Source: Alphaproteobacteria bacterium (GTDB lineage Bacteria > Pseudomonadota > Alphaproteobacteria > UBA828). From it: DNA of 64,000 nucleotides. Location: assembly GCA_963667785.2 (NCBI GenBank), contig CAXXMU010000006.1, positions 832,001 through 896,000 on the forward strand, written 5' to 3'. The notes beneath the pieces are model-generated. The model made no database searches. It saw only the letters and a program-made list of their open reading frames with translations, and had not been told where the DNA came from. Position numbers and translations under genes: made by a program. The number at the start of each line of letters is the position of its first letter. Positions within the stretch are counted from its first letter, which is position 1. Below are positions 40,806 to 50,173 of this stretch, in pieces.

Positions 40806-42110
40806 ATGCAGACGCACTTCTCCGAGAGCCAGCTCGCGCATCCCGCGCTGGCCCAGGCCAACGAGGTGCTCCGCACCTGCGTCCACTGCGGGCTCTGTCT
40901 CTCCACCTGCCCGACCTACACGATACTCGGCGACGAGCGCGACAGTCCGCGCGGGCGCATCTATCTCATCAAGGACATGCTGGAGGCCGACGCGCCGGCG
41001 GACGCCACGGTCACCCGTCACATCGACCGTTGCCTCTCGTGCCTCTCGTGCATGACCACCTGCCCGGCAGGCGTGGACTACATGCATCTGGTCGACCACG
41101 CCCGTGGCCATATCGAACGGACTTGGACGCGCACACCCGCCGAACGGGCGCTTCGCACGGCTCTGAGCATCGTGCTGCCCCGTCCGGGCCTTGCGCGGCT
41201 CGCGCTGCTTGCCGCCCGGGGGCCGGCGCTGCTGGCGCCGCTCTTCGGCGGGCGCCTCGGCGCCCTGCTCCGCCTCGCCGGCCGCCCCTCGTACGGGCCG
41301 AGCTGGGTCGAGCGCCCGCAGGTGATCCCTGCCAGGGGCGCGCGGCGTGCGCGGGTCGCGCTGCTGACGGGCTGCATCCAGAGCGTGCTGAAGCCGGAGA
41401 TCAACGAGGCGGCAGCGCGCCTGCTCGCCCGCCAGGGCTGCGAGGTGGTGATCGTGCGTGGCGCCGGCTGCTGCGGCGCGCTCTCCCACCATCTGGGAGA
41501 CGACGTGCGCGGCCGGGCCCAGGCAGGGCGCACGGCGGCCGCGCTGGCGCGGGAGGCCTCCGCGCGAGGGCTCGACGCCGTCGTCGCCACCGCATCGGGC
41601 TGCGGGACGATGCTCAAGGACTACGGCCACCTGTTCCGGGACGACGAGGCCCGTGCCGCCGACGCGGCAGCGGTCGCCGGCCTCGCCCGCGACATCAGCG
41701 AGGTGCTCGACGGGCTCGGGCTGGCCGGCGCAGGGCCGCCGCCCACCACCGCGCCCGTCGCCTATCACTCGGCCTGCTCGCTGCAGCACGGCCAGCGGAT
41801 CGAGCGGCAGCCGATGGCGCTGCTGGAGGCCGCCGGCTTCACCGTGCGCACGATTCCCGACGGGCATCTCTGCTGCGGATCGGCCGGCACCTATAATATG
41901 ATGCAGCCGGACTTGGCCGGCACGCTGGGCGCACGCAAGGCGGCGGCGATCGAAGGCACCGGGGCGGCCCTTGTGGCCGCAGGCAATATCGGCTGCATGG
42001 TGCAGATCGCGAGCCACACCGCGTTGCCCGTGGTGCACACGGCCGAACTCCTCGACTGGGCAACCGGTGGACCCCGCCCACCGGCGCTCCAACGGCTCGC
42101 CGCCGGATGA
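40806..42110 (+). CDS. glcF: Glycolate oxidase iron-sulfur subunit GlcF
   Basis: CVHCGLC...CP, CLSCLSC...CP and two CCG motifs. Confidence 0.93.
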   Translation: MQTHFSESQLAHPALAQANEVLRTCVHCGLCLSTCPTYTILGDERDSPRGRIYLIKDMLEADAPADATVTRHIDRCLSCLSCMTTCPAGVDYMHLVDHARGHIERTWTRTPAERALRTALSIVLPRPGLARLALLAARGPALLAPLFGGRLGALLRLAGRPSYGPSWVERPQVIPARGARRARVALLTGCIQSVLKPEINEAAARLLARQGCEVVIVRGAGCCGALSHHLGDDVRGRAQAGRTAAALAREASARGLDAVVATASGCGTMLKDYGHLFRDDEARAADAAAVAGLARDISEVLDGLGLAGAGPPPTTAPVAYHSACSLQHGQRIERQPMALLEAAGFTVRTIPDGHLCCGSAGTYNMMQPDLAGTLGARKAAAIEGTGAALVAAGNIGCMVQIASHTALPVVHTAELLDWATGGPRPPALQRLAAG

Positions 42111-42192
42111 CTCGGGCCGGTGACGGCGAGCGCGAACAGGCACACCGCCGATGCGGCACGCGTGCGCATCGCCCGGTGCCGGATAGGTCGCC

Positions 42193-42531
42193 ATGGACCT
42201 GACGATGGAACGGGAGGACGGCGTGCTGACGGTGCGCGTCGAAGGACGTATCGACGGCTCCACCGTCCTGTCGTTCCAGGAGACCGTCGAATCCGCGATC
42301 AAGGGCGGCGATCGCGCGGTGATCGTGGACTGCGAGGCGTTGAGCTATATCGGCAGTGCGGGGCTTCGCACCGTGCTCGGGCTCGCCAAGACCGTCTCCA
42401 ACCGCAATGTGCGATTTGCGCTCTGCTGCCTCTCGGGTCAGGTCCTGGAGATCTTCGAGAAGAGCGGCTTCGACACGATCATCGCGATCCATCCCTCGCG
42501 GGAGGTCGCGCTCGACTCCGTCGACGGCTGA
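42193..42531 (+). CDS. STAS domain anti-sigma-factor antagonist (RsbV/SpoIIAA-like)
   Basis: GRIDG, phospho-acceptor loop LSYIGSAGLR and IFEKSGF. Confidence 0.88.
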   Translation: MDLTMEREDGVLTVRVEGRIDGSTVLSFQETVESAIKGGDRAVIVDCEALSYIGSAGLRTVLGLAKTVSNRNVRFALCCLSGQVLEIFEKSGFDTIIAIHPSREVALDSVDG

Positions 42532-42564
42532 CGGGCACGAAGCCGACGCCACGCATGACGCGAC

Positions 42565-43509
42565 TCAGTCGCGAATCTCCTTCCGCGCCGCGGCGGTAAG
42601 CGCCTGCCCGGCATCCGCCGTGGCCTCGGCCAGCAGCTCGATCCAGAGTTGGCCGTGGGCGGCGACGCGGTGGGTGAGGCCGATCCGCCGCGAGGGCTCG
42701 GGCGCATCGAGACGAGCGAAGCTCAGGCCGGGAGCGGCCGCATACTCGCAGAGCGCGGCCGTCTCTGGAACGAGAGTCAGGCCCTCGCCGCTGGCGATCA
42801 GCCGCGACAGCGTGGCGAGCGAGCTCGCGCCGCGGCGAACTTCCTGCATGCGCCACATGCGGCAGGCGCCCAGCACCTGGTCCGCCAGGCAATGGCCGTC
42901 GGCAAGGGTGAGCAGCGGCCCGATGTCGGCGCGCGCGAGGTCCTCCGGTCTCAGCGCATCGCCGACCGCGCGGCGGATCGAGGCGACGCGTTCGGCGCGG
43001 CCGGCGAGCAGAAAGCGGTCCTCGAACAGCTCTCGCTCCGGCAGCTCCAGCTTGCCCAGCGGGAGCGACACGATTGCCGCGTCGAGGCGGCCGGCGAGAA
43101 GGCGCGAGACGAGCTCCTGACCCGGCGCCTCCAGGATGTCGAGCTCGATGCGGGGCGTCGAAACGCCGACCCGCTCCAGGATTCCCGGCAGAATGTAGGG
43201 CGCGAGCGTGGAGAGGATCCCGACCCCGACCTTGAGCGGACCCGCCTCCAGGCGCTGCTCCATGTTCTCGAGGAGCAGCGTCTCGTCCAGGACGCGCAGC
43301 GTCTGCTCGTGCGCATCCCGGCCGAGCGGGGTGAGGAGGATGCCCCGGCTCTCGCGCTCGACCAGCGGCCCGCCGAGAGTGGCTTCGAGTTCGCGGATCT
43401 GGAGCGAAAGTGCCGGCTGAGAGACGTGCACGCTCTCGGCCGCCCGGCTGAAGGAGCCGTGCTCTACAAGCGCCTGGAAGTAACGCAGCTGTCGCAGGGT
43501 GACAGGCAT
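42565..43509 (-). CDS. oxyR: LysR-family regulator, OxyR-like hydrogen peroxide sensor
   Basis: LysR HTH (LRQLRYF, VSQPALS), TLAPYILP, redox pair GHCLADQVLGAC (C-X8-C) and SSLATL. Confidence 0.8.
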   Translation of the reverse strand: MPVTLRQLRYFQALVEHGSFSRAAESVHVSQPALSLQIRELEATLGGPLVERESRGILLTPLGRDAHEQTLRVLDETLLLENMEQRLEAGPLKVGVGILSTLAPYILPGILERVGVSTPRIELDILEAPGQELVSRLLAGRLDAAIVSLPLGKLELPERELFEDRFLLAGRAERVASIRRAVGDALRPEDLARADIGPLLTLADGHCLADQVLGACRMWRMQEVRRGASSLATLSRLIASGEGLTLVPETAALCEYAAAPGLSFARLDAPEPSRRIGLTHRVAAHGQLWIELLAEATADAGQALTAAARKEIRD

Positions 43510-43793
43510 GTTCCATCCTTCGCGGCACGACTGCGGCGGCGTGGGAGACCGGGGCGGGCGAGCGGCCCTCCCGATCGGCAGGACGGTCGGCCAGGTCGCG
43601 GGCCGAGGCCCCGGGTCTCTCGTGCAACCGCTCGGTCCCGGCGGCCCCCGCAGCGCGGGAGGTCATCCTGCCCGGGCGGGGCCGACGCGGCCGCTGCTGC
43701 GGGACACCTGGGGCGTGCCGTCGGGCGCGTGAGCCGTGTGTCGTGTGTGGGTCGGTGCCGCCGGCAGGAAGCGCTGCCGGCGAGCGATGACTG

Positions 43794-43943
43794 CTACGCT
43801 CCTCCGGGGCTCCCTGGAGAGCCGGGTGGGTCTGGTATGGGGATGGTTGGGCGCCACCCGCTGCAGACGGCGGCGAGCCCTTCTTCCGCGGTGTCTCGCG
43901 GTTCGGAGTCCGTGCTCCTGTATCGCGTACCTGTTTCGCTCAT
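43794..43943 (-). CDS. Putative small protein (49 aa) of unknown function
   Basis: GGGGAGG lies 5 nt before an ATG. Translation: MSETGTRYRSTDSEPRDTAEEGLAAVCSGWRPTIPIPDPPGSPGSPGGA*. No recognisable family. Confidence 0.3.
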   Translation of the reverse strand: MSETGTRYRSTDSEPRDTAEEGLAAVCSGWRPTIPIPDPPGSPGSPGGA

Positions 43944-44242
43944 CGTGGCCTCCCCTGGTGAACTCGGCCGTTGCTCGGCCGTGGACGCCCTGCCGACCGG
44001 TGGTGGCGGAGGGCGCCTTATGAAAAAGTCCGCGATGTTAGCGCTCGGGGTCTTTCGATCGACGCTGCCGCGCCGGCGGACATCAGTTTCACTTCGCAGA
44101 ATTTCTCCCTTGCGCTCATCGTCTCATGTGCCGGTTTTTTCGATACCCGCGACTTGCTCTGACCGTCAGTGCCGCAAAAAAGTTGCATGCCGGCTGCAAT
44201 CCGGTGGCGCTAGCTTATGCCGGAACGGGCAACCGATTACCA

Positions 44243-44279
44243 ATAGCGAATTAATGTGGTTTCCATAGTTTTCGCTTAT
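44243..44279. promoter_or_regulatory. OxyR-type operator candidate
   Basis: ATAG-N7-ATGT-N7-ATAG-N7-TTAT compared with the OxyR consensus ATAG-N7-CTAT-N7-ATAG-N7-CTAT. It sits in an AT-rich patch upstream of oxyR. Confidence 0.5.
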
Positions 44280-44313
44280 TCCGCCGCCACCCCGGATGGC
44301 GGCACGCGCGCCG

Positions 44314-46320
44314 TCAGGCGGCGCTCGCCTCGCCCGCGCTGCCGTCATAGCGCAGCACGATGCAGGTGATGTCGTCCGACTGCTCCGCGTCGCCGACGAA
44401 GTTGACCACCGCACCGGTCACGTTCGCGATCACCGCATCGACCGGCAGGTCGTGGCCGTCGGCGAGAACGGTCTCCAGCCGCGCCTCGGTGAACTCCTCG
44501 TGATCGGTGTTCATGGCCTCGGTGATGCCGTCCGTGTAAAGGAACATCGTGTCTCCCGGAGCCAGCGTCACCGCGTCCTCGTCGTAAGGCAGTCCCGGCA
44601 TGACGCCGACGGCCATGCCTCCCGTCATCGGCAGCGCCGCGACCGCACCGGGATGGCGAACGATGTAAGGCGGGTTGTGCCCGGCATTGGCGTAGGTGAA
44701 CTCTCCGCTCGCGGGATTCAGGATGCCGTAGAAGAGGGTCACGAACAGGTCCTGCGGGTTCTGCGCGCAGATGGCGTCGTTGACCTCCTGGAGGCACGGG
44801 CCCGGCGTGGGGTGGCGGTTGGCGGCGGCACGCATGACGGTCCGCGCGATCGCCATGAAGAACGCGGCCGGCACCCCCTTGCCGGAGACGTCCGCCATCA
44901 CCACGCTCAGGCGTCCGTCGTCCAGGGGGAAGAAGTCGTAGAAATCGCCGCCCATTTCGCGCGCAGGCGTCATGATGGCGTGCCCCGAATATGAGGGACT
45001 TTCCGGCATCGTCTTGGGCAAGATTGCACCCTGAAGGGCGTGCGCGATCTTGAGCTCCGATTCCATACGCTCTTTCGCCTTCTCCAGCTGAGCGTTGGAG
45101 AGTTCCAGGTCGCGCGTGCGGGCGCGCACCATGCTTTCCAGGTATTCCTCGCGCGCCTGAACCTGGCGCACCATGTTCTGGAAAACGCGGACCAGCGTGC
45201 CCAGCTCGTCCCGTCGCTCGGCAACCTGGTCCAGGGATTCCGGGGCGAAGCTCAGCGTGTCGGTGTCCACTTCGGCGGCCGCCGTGGTCAGCGCGGTGAC
45301 GGGCTGCACGATGCGCCGCGCCGAGAACACCGCGATGATGGAGCCGATGGCGAAGGCGGCCGCGGCGACGATCAGACCGTACTTGATGTGGTCCGAGAAC
45401 AGCTGATCCAGGTGGTCGCGCTCCATATGGATGACCGCGGCGCCCGAGGCGACTCCGCCGCGATCGAGGATCGGCGCCGCCACATGGAGGGCCCGCTCGC
45501 CGAGATAGGAGAGCGCGCCGCCCGCAGCGAGAACGCGCGTGGCGAGGTCCGCGTCATCCAGCATGAGCGCCGCATCCGCCATCGGGATATCCTTGGCGTC
45601 GAAGGCGGCGACGCCGATCGTGTCGAGCGAGTCGTTGACCACCCAGATCGACTGAATTGCCTCTCTCCCGGCCAGGGAGTCGAGCGCCGCGTCGATGCCG
45701 ATGACCTCGCCGGCCCCGCCCATCTCGCTGGCGATCGTGCCGACCAGCACCGACTGGTGGTTGCCGGCGCGGACGCCGACGTACCGGATGGGTTTCTCCC
45801 AGCCCGCCGGCGGTATCGACTGGAAGGAAACCGAGAATCGCCGTCCGGAGACCAGCGCCTCCACCGATCGGTAGTCGATGCCGGCCGCGGCGAGGTCCAG
45901 GGCCTCGCCCTGGTCCAGGCCGGCGACGGCGCGCACCAGGGGTTCGCCCGCCCGATCCAGCAGCCAGATGTCGTCGGCAGCGCTGTCCGCGGTGACGCGC
46001 GCAAAGTAGGCCCCGAGCTCGCCCGTGTCCTGCTCCGCGTCATCGTGGCTGTCGAGATGACGGGCGATCGCCAGCGCCTGCGCTTCCATCTGGCTGGTGA
46101 TCATGCGGTCGATCTCGTCGGTGGTGAGCTCGGCCCGGTTGGCCTCGCTCGCGATCAGCCCGGCCACGAGCTGTGCCTGGTCTTCCGCCTGCTCGATCAG
46201 CGCATCGCGCGCGAGATACCCCATCGCCAGCGCGACCCCGATGATCGCCACGCCGACCGACGCGGCGACCGTGATAATCAGTCGTGTGGAAAGGGTCACC
46301 GCAGGCCCGCGGTGGCGCAC
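44314..46320 (-). CDS. Membrane sensor PP2C phosphatase (2 TM + periplasmic domain + HAMP + SpoIIE/RsbU)
   Basis: HAMP ...QPVTALT...RRDELGTL and PP2C motifs GGDFYD, ADVSGKG, NAGHNPP, YTDGITEA and DDIT. The start is GTG 46320 or 46299. Confidence 0.9.
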   Translation of the reverse strand: MRHRGPAVTLSTRLIITVAASVGVAIIGVALAMGYLARDALIEQAEDQAQLVAGLIASEANRAELTTDEIDRMITSQMEAQALAIARHLDSHDDAEQDTGELGAYFARVTADSAADDIWLLDRAGEPLVRAVAGLDQGEALDLAAAGIDYRSVEALVSGRRFSVSFQSIPPAGWEKPIRYVGVRAGNHQSVLVGTIASEMGGAGEVIGIDAALDSLAGREAIQSIWVVNDSLDTIGVAAFDAKDIPMADAALMLDDADLATRVLAAGGALSYLGERALHVAAPILDRGGVASGAAVIHMERDHLDQLFSDHIKYGLIVAAAAFAIGSIIAVFSARRIVQPVTALTTAAAEVDTDTLSFAPESLDQVAERRDELGTLVRVFQNMVRQVQAREEYLESMVRARTRDLELSNAQLEKAKERMESELKIAHALQGAILPKTMPESPSYSGHAIMTPAREMGGDFYDFFPLDDGRLSVVMADVSGKGVPAAFFMAIARTVMRAAANRHPTPGPCLQEVNDAICAQNPQDLFVTLFYGILNPASGEFTYANAGHNPPYIVRHPGAVAALPMTGGMAVGVMPGLPYDEDAVTLAPGDTMFLYTDGITEAMNTDHEEFTEARLETVLADGHDLPVDAVIANVTGAVVNFVGDAEQSDDITCIVLRYDGSAGEASAA

Positions 46321-46351
46321 GACCGATGCCGACGCCGGAGGACCGGCGTCG

Positions 46352-47029
46352 TCATGGCAGCATGTCTCCCGGGCCGTCCGTGGTCTCCTGCATGGGCCGA
46401 TGCACGCGCCGTTTTATGTGCCTGCTCAGCCAATTCATGCCGAACGTGAGCAGCAGGCTGAATCCCAGGAACCAGATCATGGCCCACAGATAGACCCAGA
46501 GCGCGAGCCCGACCTTGTCGACGGCGCCGATGACCGTATCCGCGCGCCGCACGAGTTCGGGCACACCGATCACCGACGCGGTGCTGGAGGCCATGACGAT
46601 GATCAGGAAGTAGCTCGTCCAGGCCGGCACGAACAGCAGCGCCTCGGCGATCTCGTGCCGGCGCAGGTGACGAATCGCGGCGAGCGCGTTGTCGGACACG
46701 TAGCCGGCGACGGCGATCCCCAGCGCGAGCGACGCCTTGATCCAGGCCGGGAAGGTCAGGGCGGCGCCGAAGAGCTCGAACTCGGTGGGGATGATGTAGG
46801 CGAGATAGAACAGCATGACGAAGGTCGGCGCATTGCGCGCCAGCGTCGTCAACGCCCCGCCACCGTGCCGCGCTCCCCAATTCGTGCCGCTCCGCAGCAG
46901 GGCCAGGATCATCCCGACGATGGTGCCGATGGCCATGGCGAGGAGGGAGACGATGATGTTCCAGCCGAACCCCTCCGCCAGATAGGGCGACCAGGCCCAC
47001 AGGACGTCGATGGTCTCCTGCGCTGTCAT
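46352..47029 (-). CDS. Polar amino acid ABC permease (HisM-like) lacking the EAA loop
   Basis: ARNAPTFVML and ASVIGVPEL. The expected EAA segment is shortened to GYVSDNALAAIRHLRRHEIAEALLFVP. Confidence 0.8.
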   Translation of the reverse strand: MTAQETIDVLWAWSPYLAEGFGWNIIVSLLAMAIGTIVGMILALLRSGTNWGARHGGGALTTLARNAPTFVMLFYLAYIIPTEFELFGAALTFPAWIKASLALGIAVAGYVSDNALAAIRHLRRHEIAEALLFVPAWTSYFLIIVMASSTASVIGVPELVRRADTVIGAVDKVGLALWVYLWAMIWFLGFSLLLTFGMNWLSRHIKRRVHRPMQETTDGPGDMLP

Positions 47030-48627
47030 GCCGTCGTGGCCCTGCCCCTCTCGAACCGCCGGAAGAGCTGCACCGTGATGATGACCAGGACGAAGTAGCA
47101 GATCAGAAGCAGATTCATCATCACGTCCGCATTGCCCTTTTCGGCCACGATCGAGGTGCTGGCGTGCACCAGTTCGGGCAGGGCGAGGGTGCTGGCCATG
47201 CCGGTGGCCTTCACGATATTGGCCGAATTCCCCATCACCGCGGCGTAGCAGAGCATCAGCGCCCGTTGAATGTCGCGCGGCGTGAAGCGGAGCCGGTGGC
47301 TGCCTCCGGCGGCGACGTCCGCCGCGAGCGAGAACGCGATGGCGTTGCTCGACGCCGCGTAGAGCGAGAGCACCACGGCGGAGACCAGGAAGGCATCGAG
47401 CGTGAAGCCCAGCGCCAGCAGCACGCCGCCCAGGCCGAAGAACACGATGTAGAGCTGGAGCAGCGGGGGCGTCATGCGCATGAACTCGCTGAAGCCCCGC
47501 AGGAAGTGGCTGATCCCCGGCACCCGCCGGTGCATCAGCCAGCCGAAGAGAATGCCCAGCACGATGCTGCCGACGACGGTGATCACCGAAAGCAGCGCCG
47601 TCAGGCCCAGGCCGTAGAGGAAGACGTCTCTGTCGAGCGGGTCGTAGAGGATGCTGATGTCGAGACCCGTCACCTCCATGATCGTGAGCGAGAAGCCCGA
47701 GAGGCCGCCGATGCCGCTGCCGGTGACGAGAGCGACCTCGCGGCACTCGAGCGGCCACATGCCCTGCTCGTCGCGCCGGCACGTCAGCTCGCCGGCTTCG
47801 TCCGTCTCCTGCCACGTCGTGCGGGCATCGCGCAGGAAGGGAGAGGGCGGCAGGCCCCACTTCTTCTCAAGCGATTGCAGGAAGCCATCGCGATGCCAGC
47901 CGGCAAGCGTATCGCCGAGCACCAGATCCAGTGGGGCGCCGCCTTCCTCCTTGGCGATGGCGACGGCCCAGGGCAGGACGAAACGCGTCGGCAGGGTGAC
48001 GCTGAAGCCGTCCCACTCCCCGCTCTCGAGCTCGTGCAGGAGGAGGACTTCGTCGTAGATCCAGCCGAGGCAATGCCCGTTGCGCAGCGCCTGGCCGGCC
48101 TCGCGGGTGCTGTTGAACGCGGTCACGTCGAGCAGCAGCCGCTGCTTGGCGAGCCGGTTCCAGAGCGAGCCCTGGAGCCCGCACACCGTCTGACCGCGCA
48201 GGTCCGCCCAGCTGCCGATCTTGGCGTCGTCCCGCAGCAGCACGTTGGCGCCGTCGCCGTAATACTGCGGCTCGATCATGGTGACGAGCTCGCGGCGGCT
48301 GCGGGTATCGCCCATGGTGGCGGCGACGATGTCGATCTCGCCCCTCTGCACCTTCTGCAAGCGATTGGCGCTGGTCACCGGAACCAGCTCGACCTCGACG
48401 CCGATCGCCTCCGCGAATCCCCGCGCCACGTCCACGTCGTAGCCGACCAGCTCGCCCTCCTCGTCGCGAAACCCGAAGGGCGAGTAGTCTTCCTTGACGC
48501 CGACGATCACGTGGCCGCGGTCCCGGATTTCCTGCAGCCGGTCGGCGAGGGCGGGAGAGGCAACGCCTGCCCAACCGACGAGGAGTGCGGCGAACAGCAG
48601 GCGCAACGGCAGGCGGCGGCGGCTCAT
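47026..48627 (-). CDS. Fusion of a family-3 amino acid substrate-binding domain and a HisM-like permease lacking the EAA loop
   Basis: Signal peptide, SBP motifs GVKEDYSPFGF, GYDVDVA and VTSANR, and permease motif RMTPPLLQLYIVFFG. ATGA overlap with the next gene. Confidence 0.82.
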   Translation of the reverse strand: MSRRRLPLRLLFAALLVGWAGVASPALADRLQEIRDRGHVIVGVKEDYSPFGFRDEEGELVGYDVDVARGFAEAIGVEVELVPVTSANRLQKVQRGEIDIVAATMGDTRSRRELVTMIEPQYYGDGANVLLRDDAKIGSWADLRGQTVCGLQGSLWNRLAKQRLLLDVTAFNSTREAGQALRNGHCLGWIYDEVLLLHELESGEWDGFSVTLPTRFVLPWAVAIAKEEGGAPLDLVLGDTLAGWHRDGFLQSLEKKWGLPPSPFLRDARTTWQETDEAGELTCRRDEQGMWPLECREVALVTGSGIGGLSGFSLTIMEVTGLDISILYDPLDRDVFLYGLGLTALLSVITVVGSIVLGILFGWLMHRRVPGISHFLRGFSEFMRMTPPLLQLYIVFFGLGGVLLALGFTLDAFLVSAVVLSLYAASSNAIAFSLAADVAAGGSHRLRFTPRDIQRALMLCYAAVMGNSANIVKATGMASTLALPELVHASTSIVAEKGNADVMMNLLLICYFVLVIITVQLFRRFERGRATTA

Positions 48628-49081
48628 GCCGTCACCCGCGGTCCGGGGCCACAGGCCCCGCACATGCGATACGGATGGCGGGGGTGCCGTCGCCGGCAGC
48701 CGTCCATGGGGAAGAAAGACCGGGACGGGATTTCCGCATCACTCCGTTCGCACGACGGAGATATCGAGCGCAGGGGCCCGGCACGGGCGTGCGGCCATGG
48801 CGTTTCGGTCGTCGGTGAGCGTCGAGCGGGTCATCGTAGCGGTTCGGCCTGACGTAACCGATAGGAGGGACAGGTCCGGATAGGGCGCCGATGTCCGCGA
48901 CCGCGAAACGCGTCGGCCGCGTGCTTCTGTCTTATCAGATATAACGTTACGGAGAAATAGAGTATCGTGCCGCGCGAGAGAAACCAGTCCGAACCGTCGC
49001 CGCGCGGGCGCCGACACCTCGAAATGCAGATACGCGCTCGCCGCGGCCTTGGAAGATCGGCGGCGAGGCTCCGGGGGAAGA

Positions 49082-50029
49082 ATGACGGGCCGTGGTGATC
49101 GCTTGCCTTCGTTCGCGCTGCGCCGTCGGGTGCCGCTCCGCCGTGCGCTCGCTCTGCTCGCACTGCTCGCCCTCTCTGCGTCCGGCCTGCCACATCCGGC
49201 ACCACCGGCGGACGCCGCCGATGGCGGCGTGCTTGCCAGGGTCGAGGCGGACGGCGTGATCCGCGCCGGCACGAGGGCGAGCGCGCCGCCTTTCGCTCGG
49301 AAGCTGGAATCCGGCGGGTTCGAGGGCTTCTCGGTCGACCTGCTGGAGGAGATTCGCGTCTCGGTGGAGGAGAGGCTCGGCCGCTCCGTCGCGCTCGAGT
49401 TTGCGGAAGTAACCCCGTCCGACCGGCTGCAGCGCGTCGCCGCAGGCGAGCTCGACATCGTCTGCGGGATCACCACGCCGACCTGGGACAGGGAGACCCT
49501 CGTGGATTTCTCGGTGCCGTTCTTCCGCGACGGCACCCGCATCCTGATCTATCGGGAACGGGCCACCGGCGGCGTGGATCTCGGCAGGCTCGACATCGGC
49601 GTGGTCGAAGGGACGACCACCGTCACGATCATCGGCGACGAGCTGCCGACGGCCACTCTGCACCGGTTTCCCACCATGACCGACGCCATGGAGGCGCTCG
49701 CGAAGTCGGAGGTCCACGGTGTCGCCAACATCGGCATCACCCTGCTCGGGCTCGCGGCGCGGGAGGAGCCCCGCCGCAGCGTGGTCCTGCTTCCGCGCAC
49801 TTACGCGCTTGCCATGGAAACGCTGGCCTGCGTCCTTCCGCAGGACGACAGCGCGTGGCGGGACGTGGTCAATCGCGTCATCATCGATGCCTTCGCGGGC
49901 GTCGAGGATTCCAACAGCCGCTACGACGAGATCTACGAGCGCTGGTTCGGCCGCGACAGCGAGATCTTCTATCCGCTCGACCGCAGCAACCGCACCTATC
50001 TGAGCACCGTGTCGATCTGGGCGCGCTGA
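49082..50029 (+). CDS. Amino acid substrate-binding protein, family 3 (GltI-like)
   Basis: GTRASAPPF, GFSVDL, CGITTPTWDRETLVDFS, GTTT and IYERWFG. Confidence 0.85.
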   Translation: MTGRGDRLPSFALRRRVPLRRALALLALLALSASGLPHPAPPADAADGGVLARVEADGVIRAGTRASAPPFARKLESGGFEGFSVDLLEEIRVSVEERLGRSVALEFAEVTPSDRLQRVAAGELDIVCGITTPTWDRETLVDFSVPFFRDGTRILIYRERATGGVDLGRLDIGVVEGTTTVTIIGDELPTATLHRFPTMTDAMEALAKSEVHGVANIGITLLGLAAREEPRRSVVLLPRTYALAMETLACVLPQDDSAWRDVVNRVIIDAFAGVEDSNSRYDEIYERWFGRDSEIFYPLDRSNRTYLSTVSIWAR

Positions 50030-50104
50030 GGGCGCCTGCGCCCGCCCGGCTGCCGTGCGAGACGGCACACGGCCACGCGCCTCACCGCGGCGGCGGGGCA
50101 GGCT

Positions 50105-50122
50105 ATGCTATAGTGTCACCTT
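50105..50122 (+). promoter_or_regulatory. Zur box candidate
   Basis: ATGCTATAGTGTCACCTT resembles the proteobacterial Zur palindrome ATGTTATAnTATAACATT and lies just upstream of zur-znuCB. Confidence 0.5.
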
Positions 50123-50173
50123 GCCAATCGCCGCGCGGCGCATACCGGCGCGGGCGGCACGGTCGAGGAACGG

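Noticed and set aside
44205-44220. Sigma54 promoter (TGGCGC...ATGC)
   Set aside because: The GG-to-GC spacing is one base off the required -24/-12 geometry.
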